DNA from: Octopus sinensis | Taxonomy: Eukaryota | Direction: 5' to 3' | DNA length: 64,000 nucleotides | Assembly: GCF_006345805.1 (NCBI RefSeq) | Contig: NC_043007.1 | Location: forward strand, 71,610,001 to 71,674,000 | In this document: one piece after another, positions 54,154 to 64,000 of the stretch | Position numbering within the stretch: position 1 is the first letter of the stretch | Layout: every line of letters begins with the position of its first letter | Program-made: the position numbers and the translations under genes | Notes under the pieces: generated by a model | Database searches by the model: none | What the model saw: only the letters and a program-made list of their open reading frames with translations | What the model was told of the DNA's origin: nothing

Positions 54154-55031
54154 TATATACGATATATAAAATATGTATATATATATATATATATATAATA
54201 TATATATATATATATTATATATATATATATGTCTATATATGTGTGTGTGTCTATATATTTATATAAAGTAACAAACTGAGGAAAAGAAATCCTTGAAAGG
54301 GGTGTGTTAAACATCCAATTCACTGGTGCTGCTGTTGGATACCATATAAATATTAGTATAAGATTAAATTAAATATAGAGATATTCTATTGACAACCCAA
54401 TAATTTATTTATATTCCAATATTACATTGAATACTATGAATATAATATATAACATAACATCATATTACATAAATAATTATAAAAACTGTAAATGGCCCAA
54501 CAAAGTGTTTTGACTTTGGTATATTTTTTCTGATATACATAATCACAGTTCCCTTATATATAAGTCACTTCAGGGTCCTTGGTTCAGAAAGACGACATTC
54601 CATGTGAAACAATGGCTGGATTGTAAAAATTAATTCAAATATCTGTGTTATGAGTGTGAGCATTAACTATTCAATCTTACATCAATTACAATTAAAAAAC
54701 AGCAAAAACACTTTATGGACAATACAATCAAGTAAGTGCAATCCACAACCATCAAAATTCACGTCATACACACACATATATACCAATTGAAACCTTTTGA
54801 TGTCCAAGATAGGATCTTGTCATCACAACATACAATAATAATATATGAATATAATAAGTATCTAATTCTTCTCTTACGTGTAACTACAACAAAAAATATA
54901 TAAACAGTTACATCTTCAATACAACAACTATTTTATCTATTTACATATACACACACACATATATATATAGTATATATGTATATATCTATAATATATATAT
55001 AATGTATATATATAATGCATATGTGCATATA

Positions 55032-55096
<65 letters not shown>

Positions 55097-55364
55097 GTAT
55101 ATATGTATATATATAATATATATATATTAGTATGTCATGTTAATGCTGTATAATTTCAAATTTTCCACTGGACTCTGTGTAGTAACTTGTGAATCTTTAT
55201 TACCTTGTATCTTATCGTGGGAATTAATAATTATCGTGTGAATTATTAATTCAATAAGTCTTATATTATGTTGATGTTTTATATTTTGCTTGTGTATGTA
55301 TATATGAGCATTTTTGAATATTTTTAAATACCTACAAGTTTTATTTTATATCATATTGACGTCT

Positions 55365-55565
55365 AACTCCAACCACTCCGAGAGTGTAGTGGGTGCTTTT
55401 ACATGCCACCTGCATGGGGGCCAGTCAGGCGGTACTGGCAACGGCCACGCTCAAATGGTGTTTTTTACATGCCACCTGCACAGGAGCCAGTCCAGTGGCA
55501 CTGGCAACAACCTCGCTCGAATGTTTTTTCACGTGCCACCGGCACAAGTGCCAGTAAAGCGACAG
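55365..55565 (-). mobile_element. Family C fragment
   Basis: ccaaccactccgagagtgtagtgggtgcttttacatgcc modules. Confidence 0.65.
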
Positions 55566-55642
55566 ATAAAAGATATATATCTTTTACTTGTTTTATTTAT
55601 TGCACTATGTCCATGCTGGTGTATGCCTTGAACAGTTTAGTC

Positions 55643-55938
55643 CAGTGGTTTTCAGTTAAGGATCATATGAACCCTGGGGGTCCATATTAGATTTCTGGTG
55701 ATCCATGCAGATAAAATAGCAAACTGGGGATCTGTGCTAGTATTCTAAGGGTCTGTGAGAAAATAATTCTTTAGATGCATTTATTGCAAGAAACAGCTAA
55801 GTTTCTTTCTATAATGCTTTACAGTTTAACATGTTTCTGGTAACCATTTCAGAATTTTGAAATTGCTATGTGGGGGTCCACCAGAGCAAAATGGTAATAA
55901 AAAAGTGCTCAGAAGTAAAAAATGGTCGAGAACCATTG
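55643..55938. mobile_element. hAT (Charlie-like) MITE
   Basis: CAGTGGTTTTC...GAGAACCATTG termini; 8-bp TSD gtttagtc/gtttagtt. Confidence 0.75.
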
Positions 55939-55978
55939 GTTTAGTTGAGCAAGTAAACCCTAGTACTTGTGTGTGTGT

Positions 55979-56010
<32 letters not shown>

Positions 56011-56450
56011 TGTGTGTGCGTGTGTGTATGTGTGTGTGTGACAGTCTACTCCTTCTTCAGTATGACCACTTTTTATACTTATTTCCATGTTCTTCAGGAG
56101 TCATGAGTTCTGATGATGATAAAGATATGTGCAAATATAGCAAGACCCAGACTCCATCATTGAGAGACCAAACAACAAGTTAACTGTGGACACAACTGTA
56201 TGGTCAAACTGAGAATCATGACTACTCCTGTCAATAGCCATTCCTTACATGTTTGTACTTTTGTGTCAAAGTTAGAAATCATTATTGTTATTATATGGAA
56301 CTAAATGATTATTAGTGATTTTTTGTTTTTGTTCTTTTTTATTCACCTCCCTGTTAACTTTTTAAGATGAAACTTACTTTTTTTTAAGGAGGTTTTGCTA
56401 AGTTTTATTCTAGACCTACCTATGATACCTGAATTACTTTTCTATTTCAG

Positions 56451-56528
56451 ATGACAACTTTATTAATACGTTCATCCAAGGACAAGAAAGTTGTATACAC
56501 AACGCTAATGATTCCACTGTAAATCTTT
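56451..56528 (+). CDS. Rel: Rel exon upstream of the RHD
   Basis: ttttctatttcag|AT GAC...CTT T|gtaagt, 78 nt, phase 1-1, open (DNFINTFIQGQESCIHNANDSTVNL) and in frame with the 58342 exon. Confidence 0.7.
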
Positions 56529-56929
56529 GTAAGTTGATTATTTTTGAAAAACTTCACCAAAAATAGCGTTCCCACTACATGTCAGAAATAGCTGCCAGTT
56601 CTCCCTCAGATCACATCCTACAGTCTCAAAAAAGAAAGGATTTTTCTAGAGAATAATATAGTCCTATATTTTCCTCTCAAAGTATTCTTTCTTAATATTC
56701 AGGCATATCAAATCACCTTTGAATTTGTTCTTATATCATAAAAATGGCTGGCCTACATTGCATCATAAATTTACAACCTGAGCCTAAAAGATTTGATTTA
56801 GTATTCGACCATTATACCTGTGATAGTTGTGTCCACACATCACATTTGAGACTTGAGTAAGAAAACATTTATATCAGTTATTCCACACATTTCCAGGATA
56901 GTGCTCTTCTTTTCGCTATCATCTCCCTT

Positions 56930-57890
56930 ACCCTTGCATATTTGCCTAAGACATCTCATATGAAAGCTTTTCATTTCACCAATCTTTTATATTCTGCTCC
57001 ATATAAAAGATTGGTTTGGACAAGTGATTTATACACATCTATTTTTGTCCTTACTGAGACATCATGACATTCCAGAGTTGATCCATAAAGCTTCTCAAAA
57101 GCTGTACTGGTCTTTTCAATACGAGTTTGGACCTCCCTATTGAGTTTAGCATTACTTTTTACTGTAGAACCCAAATATGTGTAAACCTCCCCTATTTTCA
57201 GAGCTTCGCCTTCAACAAATATACTGGGCAAGATTTCTTGATTATTACCGGAATGTGGCTGATACAAGAGTTCGGTTTTTTTTATGCTGATAGTTAAGCC
57301 AAAACATCTGGCTGCTCTTGCAAATATATCAGTGATGTGCTGAATGTCTTTGAGTATATGCACAACTAAGGTGCAAAAGGGCAATCGTCTGCAGACAGTT
57401 TCTTATTGCATGACATTGAAGTTTAGTCCTTAATTTGAAATGTTGTTGGTTGAAGATGATACCTGTTGTCCTATATTCAAGAAACACACCCTCTTCTACA
57501 TCAGAAAAGGTACAATCCTGCATTACTGGGAAAAATGGTGCAAATTGTGCCAAAGCACAATCCTGTTTTGTACCATTTTTAACATCAAAAAGCTGAGACT
57601 GACTGCTATTTGAAAGAACAGATGTCTCCATATCTTTATGTTAGGACACTGACATTTAGCATTTACTCAAGAATCATGAGTTTTGCTAATACTTTTGACA
57701 AAGCCTGCTGATATACAGAGTCAAAAACTTTTGTAAGGTCAACAGATACCACATAGAGGTCTTTATTGTGCTCCTGGACCTTCTTCTGAACTTGTTGCCA
57801 GCTGAATATCATATCCACTATCCCATCTGACCTAGACCTATGCTGACTCTCTATATAGACAGAACCAGCTAAGTCAAATTTAATTCTGTC
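56930..57890 (-). mobile_element. RTE (BovB-like) LINE fragment, antisense in a Rel intron
   Basis: VDLTKVFDSV, FGLTISIKKTELLYQP, YTYLGST, EVQTRIEKTSTAF..L, VYKSLV..LLYGAE motifs. Confidence 0.85.
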
Positions 57891-57900
57891 TAAGATGACT

Positions 57901-58184
57901 CTTTATGTTCTGAGTTCAAATGCCACCAGAGTCGACTTTGCCTTACATACTTTCAGGATCGATAAAATAAGTACCAGTTGTGCCAAAATCTGAAATCAAT
58001 ATTAATAATAGCATTTTAGCACACTGGGGAAAATGCATAGTGGTCCTTCGTCTGTCTTGACATGCTGAGTTCAAATCTGCTGAGGTCAGCTTAGTCTTTT
58101 ATCTTTTCAGGGTCAATAAAATAAGTACCATTTGAACACTGGGGTAGATGTAATTGACTATCCCCCCACCCCACAATACCCCAA
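57901..58184 (+). repeat. 284-bp direct repeat (SINE D dimer) of 61937-62220
   Basis: Near-identical, including the junction between two SINE D units. Confidence 0.92.
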
Positions 58185-58341
58185 CAGAGAACAGCGATAT
58201 GCTACAATGATTGTTACATTCACACTTATTACCTTTATACTTATATAGATGTACAATCATTGCATCTTTAAATTGTTGAGGGAAAAGATTTGCTTTTAAA
58301 CATTTTTGAATGAACTCTTTTTACTCTTTTTCATATTTCAG

Positions 58342-58595
58342 TGACCACTTTTTCTACTGACTGTTTAGTTTCACATGATGACCAACAGTTGACCACATTA
58401 GTACCAGCCCCAAAAGTGATGCCAGTACAAAAACCTGCTGCAAATATAATTCCGGATGACAAACCCTATGTTATCATTGTTGATCAACCGAAAACTCATG
58501 GTTTCCGTTTTCGGTATCAGTGTGAAGGACGGTCTGCTGGCAGCATTCCTGGAGAGAAAAGTACAAATGAGAAAAAGTCATATCCTACCATAAAG
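58342..58595 (+). CDS. Rel: Rel/dorsal-class NF-kB, RHD exon
   Basis: catatttcag|TG...AAG|gtaaat, 254 nt. [44 protein letters not shown] contains the [16 protein letters not shown] DNA-recognition signature. Confidence 0.97.
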
Positions 58596-58617
58596 GTAAA
58601 TATTTGATGTAGTCAGC

Positions 58618-59165
58618 TTCATCATCATCATCATCATCATCTAATGTCTGTTTTCTAAGCACGAATGGGTCGGACTGTTTGACGGAAAACTGGTAAGCTG
58701 GGGAGCTGCACCAGGTTCCAATCTGATTTGGCATGGTTTCTACAGCTAGACACTTTTCCTAACGCCAACTACTCCAAGAGTGTAGTGGGTACTTTTTACA
58801 TGCACTGGCACAGGTGCCAGTTACAAAAACACTGGCATCAGCCATGACTATGATCTCACTTGGCTTGATAAGTCTTCTCAAACATGGTATATTGTCAAAG
58901 GTCTCAGTTACTTGTCACTGCCTCTGTGAGGCCCAAAGTTCGAAGGGTGCTTTTTACATGTCACTGGCACAGGTGCCAGTTATGTGACACTGGCATCGGC
59001 CATGACTATGATTTCACTTGGCTTGATGGATCTTCTCAAGTACAGCATATTGTCCAATGTTCAAAGAGTGCTTTTACATGCTACTTGCATGAGTTCCAGT
59101 TACATGACACTAACATCAGCCACGATGTTGATTTCAATTGGCTTGATGGGTCTTCTCAAGTTTTC
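58618..59165 (-). mobile_element. Family C repeat extending into the RTE ORF 3' end
   Basis: (CAT)n tail; the reverse complement of 58860-58950 matches RTE 28000-28110. Confidence 0.75.
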
Positions 59166-59606
59166 TATTATAGATACCTCTAAAGAATGTAATCAATACA
59201 TCTATCATGTTATTGTGGGACCGTCCAAAATTGATAGTTTTCAGTTTCAAATTGAATGTAAAAGATGCCCTGTGATATCAGTTTGAGGTTGCACAAGTCT
59301 TGTATTGTGTTTGTTTGTTTGTTTGTTTTTTCCTCTTTTGATAGAGAGAAGATTAGAAAAAAATAGTAGTTTTTAGATCAGAGAAATGATATTGAAAAAC
59401 TGTGGCAGCTAGACTGATAATGCAACAGAGGTGATACTTGAAAGGTGGTAGAAAAGGAAATCCCCATCTTCATGGTGTGTGCCTGTGAAATTAGAGTACT
59501 GAGGGTTCTGTTAGTGGCCAAGGTTCAGCAATGTATAAAATGGATCCTTGATTCAGAGCAGCTCCATGTGAAAATAAATTCTCATATTTCTCTGCATTAC
59601 CCTCCA

Positions 59607-59707
59607 GCCTTCATCAGGTGTCTTGGGGAAATTTCGAACTTGGGTTCTCTTTCCTAAGGTATTCTTCCATGTTATTATTATTATTATCATTATTATTATT
59701 ATTATTA

Positions 59708-59746
<39 letters not shown>

Positions 59747-59809
59747 CGAAAAAATACCTTAGGAATGAGAACCCAGGTTCAAAATTTCCCCAAGACACCT
59801 GATGAAGCC
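59607..59809. repeat. Inverted repeat (~60-bp arms, (ATT)n spacer), each arm ending in a decayed hammerhead core
   Basis: Arms 59607-59668 and 59748-59809; CTGATGA at 59799-59805 (+) and 59617-59611 (-). Confidence 0.8.
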
Positions 59810-60081
59810 AAAATGTTATGTTAACAAACAAGATGAGGACAAATATCCGTCAAATGTAAATAATGTAAATAATATATATAATTCCTTATCTCTTAAATAT
59901 AGAACTGTAATTTCAAAAAGTATTTAAAAAGTTGTTTGTAAATGTATTTTATATTTCACTACTTGCTTTTTTTTACTATATTTTAATATTTATTTTTATA
60001 TTTGCTATATTTTATATTAAATATTTACATGTAATTTTCATAGGTAAGATATAATTCTTTACCTTCTTTATATCTTTACAG

Positions 60082-60227
60082 ATTTGCAATTACAAAGGTC
60101 CTGCTGTTGTAATTGTGTCATGTGTCACCAAAGATGATCCACCAAAGCCTCATCCTCACTCCCTTGTGGGCAAAGATTGCAAAAAAGGAGTCTGTACTGT
60201 GAAGTGTTCTGTTTCAGATACCATTTC
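60082..60227 (+). CDS. Rel: Rel RHD exon
   Basis: tctttacag|ATT...TC|gtaagt, 146 nt. ICNYKGPAVVIVSCVTKDDPPKPHPHSLVGKDCKKGVCTVKC matches Dorsal YKGRAVVVVSCVTKD-PY-PHPHNLVGK-CKKGVC. Confidence 0.97.
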
Positions 60228-60254
60228 GTAAGTTAACCAACCAAACTCTTTCTT

Positions 60255-60640
60255 TCAATTGTTTCAGTCATTAGACTGTGGCCATGCTGGGGCACTGCCT
60301 TGAAGAATTTTAGTCAAATGAATCAACCTTAGATTTTATCTTTATTTTAAGCCTGGTACTTATTTTTTCAGGTACTTTTGCTGAACTGCTAAGTTACAGG
60401 GATATAAACACCAACGCTGGTTGTCAAATAGTGGTGGGGGCAAACACAAATACACACACACACACATATACATATACGATGGGCTTCTTTCAGTTTCCAA
60501 CCACCAAATCCACTTACAAGTCTTTGGTCAGCCCAAAGATATAGTTAAAGACATTTGCCCAAGTTGTCGCACAGTAGAACTGAACCTGAAACCATGTGGT
60601 TGGAAAGCAAACTTCTTACCACTCAGCCATACCTGCAATT
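60255..60640 (-). mobile_element. SINE family A in a Rel intron
   Basis: Full family A pattern; its 5' end is tandemly repeated as a 17-bp unit to ~60705. Confidence 0.75.
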
Positions 60641-60761
60641 ATGCCATACCTGCACTTATACCATATCTGCACCTATGCCATACCTGCACCTATATCATAC
60701 TTGTATCAGCATTTTCAAATCTTTGTTTTTTTCTAAAATTTTCTTTTTTTTTATTTTGTAG

Positions 60762-60853
60762 TTTTCAAAATCTTGGAATTCAGTGTGTCAAAAAGAAAGA
60801 AGTTGCTGAAGCTCTGAAAACACGACAAGAAATTAATGTAGATCCATTTAAAA
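60762..60853 (+). CDS. Rel: Rel RHD exon
   Basis: ttattttgtag|T TTT...AAA A|gtaagt, 92 nt. FQNLGIQCVKKKEVAEALKTRQEINVDPFK. Confidence 0.97.
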
Positions 60854-61421
60854 GTAAGTTTTAACATTTTCTATTAGGTTCTTATTCAACTGTAAAATGG
60901 TTTGGTACAGTCACAGACATTGGCATGTAGTTGCTAATTTCTTTTAGCAATCACATAGTTCAAGGCTTGATTCCATGCTGTAGAACTTTGGGTAAATGTT
61001 ACAGCCTCGGGTCAGTCTAATTCTTAGTGAAATTTGGCATATATGTACATGGTGGCTTCCCCCTCATTATCGAGTATGGCCATTGCGTGAAGCTTAATCA
61101 ATGTTGTTATCGTGCAATGCCTGTGCAAGAAGATTTTTTTTTAAAGTGAGGAAAGGCTGTGCACTGTACATACATACATATTTTCTAAAAGAATAGTATT
61201 GACTGTAAGTTTTGGCCTGCTATCATCAAACAATATGAGGATAGCTTGACAAGCTGAAATTTTGAAATTCTATCTATGCTATTCTTGTTTAAAAAAATAA
61301 CAAATATGTGCTCCACAGAAAAGTATTGAGTAGTCCTCTGCTTTAATGTAAAATTGTTTTTATCAGAACTTGACATAAAAACTAACATTAACTCTCTCTC
61401 ATACACACAAATCAAGTTTCG

Positions 61422-61710
61422 ATTAGAGAGCAAATATTTAAGAAAAAGTGGAAGTGGATTGGTAGCACAATTAGAAAAGACACACCAAATGTAGCAAAAA
61501 GTGCTTTACAATGGAAACCGGATGGATATAGAAAGAGAGGTAGGCCTAAGAACTTGTGGCGTAGATCAACACAAAAGGTACTAGAGAAAGGGGGATATTC
61601 ATGGCAGAGTATAAGTACAGAAGCCAAAAATTATGCGACATGGAATTCAACTATAAGTGGCCTATACTCCGCATTGGAGGGTTAAAGACATAAAGAAGAA
61701 AGAAGATCAC
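61422..61710 (+). mobile_element. RTE-clade LINE 3' end with an uninterrupted reading frame
   Basis: 61422-61685 IREQIFKKKWKWIGSTIRK...ALQWKPDGYRKRGRPKNLWRR...W..ISGLYSALEG*, then an (AAGA)-like tail. Confidence 0.85.
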
Positions 61711-61909
61711 TCACACACACACACACACACACAACATTGTATATTTATACCTGACCACAATCCAGTAACTGGTACTAGTAATAGTGTAAAAGAGTTAATC
61801 TCATATTGATTGAAATCTTAATTTCACTTTCGCTTTTTTAAACTTTTCCTTTTTTTTTTGTGCTTTTTATGTACGACAGAAGATTACAGCAATTATTTAC
61901 TTCTAATAT

Positions 61910-62700
61910 CAAAATTCTTAGTGGCATTTCATCCATCTTTATGTTCTGAGTTCAAATGCCACTAGAGTCGACTTCGCCTTACATCCTTTCAGGATCGATA
62001 AAATAAGTACCAGTTGTGCCAAAATCTGAAATCAATATTAATAATAGCATTTTAGCACACTGGGGAAAATGCATAGTGGAATTTCGTCTGTCTTGACATG
62101 CTGAGTTCAAATCCTGCTGAGGTCAGCTTAGTCTTTTATCTTTTCAGGGTCAATAAAATAAGTACCATTTGAACACTGGAGTAGATGTAATTGACTATCC
62201 CCTACTCCACAATACCCCAAAACTGCTGGCCTTATGAAATCGCTATTGATATTGACAGTAAGGCAGAACCATTAGCATGCTGGGTAAAATGCTTAGCAGC
62301 ATTTCATCCATCTTTATGTTCTCAGTTCAAATGCTGCCGGGGTCGACTTTACTTTTCATCCTTTCAGGGTCGATAAAATAAGTACTAGTAGAGCACTGGG
62401 ATTGATGTAATTGACTTACCCACTCTCCTGAAAGTGCTGGCCTTGTACCAAAATTTAAAGCCAATATTAATAACAGCAGTAAGACAGTGAACTGGCAGAA
62501 TCATTATGACATTGAGCAAAATGCTTAGCAGCATTTCAAATTCTGAATTCAAATTCTACCGAAGTTGACTTTACCCATTCATCCCTTCAGAATCAATAAA
62601 ACGAATATATGTTGAGCACTGGAATTGATTATAATCGAGTTACCCCCATCCCCTGAAATTGATGGCCTTGTACCAAAATTTGAAATCAATATTAATAATA
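61910..62700 (+). repeat. Head-to-tail array of four SINE D copies
   Basis: Core tcctttcagg(g/a)tc(g/a)ataaaataagtac recurs at ~61985, ~62140, ~62360 and, diverged, ~62580. Confidence 0.8.
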
Positions 62701-62959
62701 GGTCTGTTGATTCGCTTATGTTATTAAATTATATTCATTAATACTGTTTACAGTTATGGCATTTGTGCATTTTAACTTTGTTTTATGTATCTTCTGAGAA
62801 AAGAGAATGCTATGGAAAGATTCACACAAAATCTCAAACTTAAAGAACTACTTGCATGTGATTTTAGTTTTGTAAATAATTGTAATAAACTGTTGCTGGA
62901 ATTTGGATTTATGGAAGAAAATTTTAAAATCGTGCATTTGTTCCTTTTTCTTCTTCTAG

Positions 62960-63097
62960 CTGGATTTGATCATGCACACAATTTGAATATTGATTTTAGT
63001 GTCATTCGTCTTTGTTTCCAAACATTTATACAAGATTCTCAAGGTCAATACAGAATCCCATTGAATGCTGTCGTCTCCCAACCGATCATTGACAAAA
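62960..63097 (+). CDS. Rel: Rel RHD exon
   Basis: ttcttctag|CT GGA...AAA A|gtaagt, 138 nt. GFDHAHNLNIDFSVIRLCFQTFIQDSQGQYRIPLNAVVSQPIIDK matches Dorsal TGFSH...IDLNSVRLCFQ...PVVSEPIFDK. The gene continues beyond the window. Confidence 0.96.
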
Positions 63098-63156
63098 GTA
63101 AGTGGGCTTGGCTGACTTTATCACTGTTATGCTTTATCTTTTACCTGTTTCAGTCA

Positions 63157-63436
63157 CTAGCAGTATCGCCCGGCGTTGCTCGGGTTTGTTTCGACCCTTT
63201 AGAATTGGAATTTTTGAAAAGTAAAAATTTTGCATTATGTAGCTTGTTAGTCTCTTTAAGTGAACATTTTTCTGGTTGAAATACACTGCAAAATGGTGAC
63301 ACAGCAGTCAAAAAATCGTAAAAAATACGGATTTTCATAGAAAAAAAGCACCTTTTACATGTAAATAATTTTTGATGTTAACATGGTCCGATTTGACTGC
63401 CATACACAGACAACTTCAGCTTTATATAGAGAGAGA
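63157..63436 (-). mobile_element. Non-autonomous Helitron inserted at A^T in a SINE A copy
   Basis: Removing it restores tgtttcagtcA|Ttaggctgtggccatg. The 3' ~33 nt are identical to 37550; the interior is different. Confidence 0.88.
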
Positions 63437-63609
63437 TTAGGCTGTGGCCATGCTTGGGCACTGCCTTGAAGAATTTTTTGATTAAATGAATCTCCCCCAG
63501 TAGTAACAATAGCTTATTTGCACAAAACTTTGATGCCAGACGTGGAATGAGATCGTGAAATATGATCTTTGGATGTTGAGTCTCACTGAGGGGATGATAA
63601 GTGACTGAA

Positions 63610-63980
63610 ACTTTTGGTGATTTGCTGTGCTTGAGAAAACATGTCAAGCTTAATGAAATTGTAATCATGGCCAGTGCTGGTGACACGTGAATGGCACCAT
63701 GCTGGTGACACATGTGAGGCAACCATGCCAGTGACACGCAAATGATACCCAAGCTAGTAACACACAAAAGGTACCTGTGTCTGTGACACATGAAATGTAC
63801 CCATGCTGGTGACATGTAAAAGACACCTAGGACACCCTATGGAGTGGTTGGCATTGGGAAGATTATCCAGCCATAGAAACCAAGCCAAAACAGACTGTAG
63901 CCTGGCACAGCTCTCCAGTTTACCAGTTTCAGTCAAACCATCTAACCCATGCTAGCTGGAAAACAAATGCTAAATTATGA
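63610..63980 (+). mobile_element. Family C repeat
   Basis: Repeated gctggtgacac modules, then ggagtggttggcattgggaag...aacccatgctagc. Confidence 0.65.
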
Positions 63981-64000
63981 TATATATATATATATGTATA

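Noticed and set aside
56451-56522. ATG at 56451 as the Rel start
   Set aside because: That frame stops after 23 codons; the RHD frame needs a phase-1 upstream exon.
62785-62959. N-terminal part of ORF 62785-63279
   Set aside because: Intronic read-through; RHD similarity starts at the acceptor at 62960 and ends at the donor at 63097.

Overview
AT-rich, repeat-dense eukaryotic DNA. The repeat landscape and proteins suggest a coleoid cephalopod (Octopus-like); this is inference, not a database result. Two spliced host genes run divergently. On the minus strand at the left edge are two exons of carboxypeptidase Q (CPQ/PGCP). On the plus strand is a Rel/dorsal-class NF-kB gene: five exons at 56.4-63.1 kb splice in frame and encode the N-terminal Rel homology domain, and a probable 19-nt first coding exon at 19052-19070 lies behind a promoter-like motif cluster. 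The rest is mobile DNA: a Tc1, two mariners, a full-length Chapaev3-like element with TTA TSDs, a decayed autonomous Helitron plus three non-autonomous Helitrons, three Penelope-like element (PLE) relics, RTE LINEs, MITEs (8-bp TSD, TTAA, hAT), several SINE families and a ~3.6 kb (TA)n block. The most interesting signals are hammerhead-ribozyme motifs in short repeats. One is a near-complete minimal type I hammerhead at 10430-10481; a decayed inverted pair sits in a Rel intron; and a speculative U3-A8 core variant lies at the centre of a palindrome beside the PLE cluster. Most ORFs in the supplied track are spurious.
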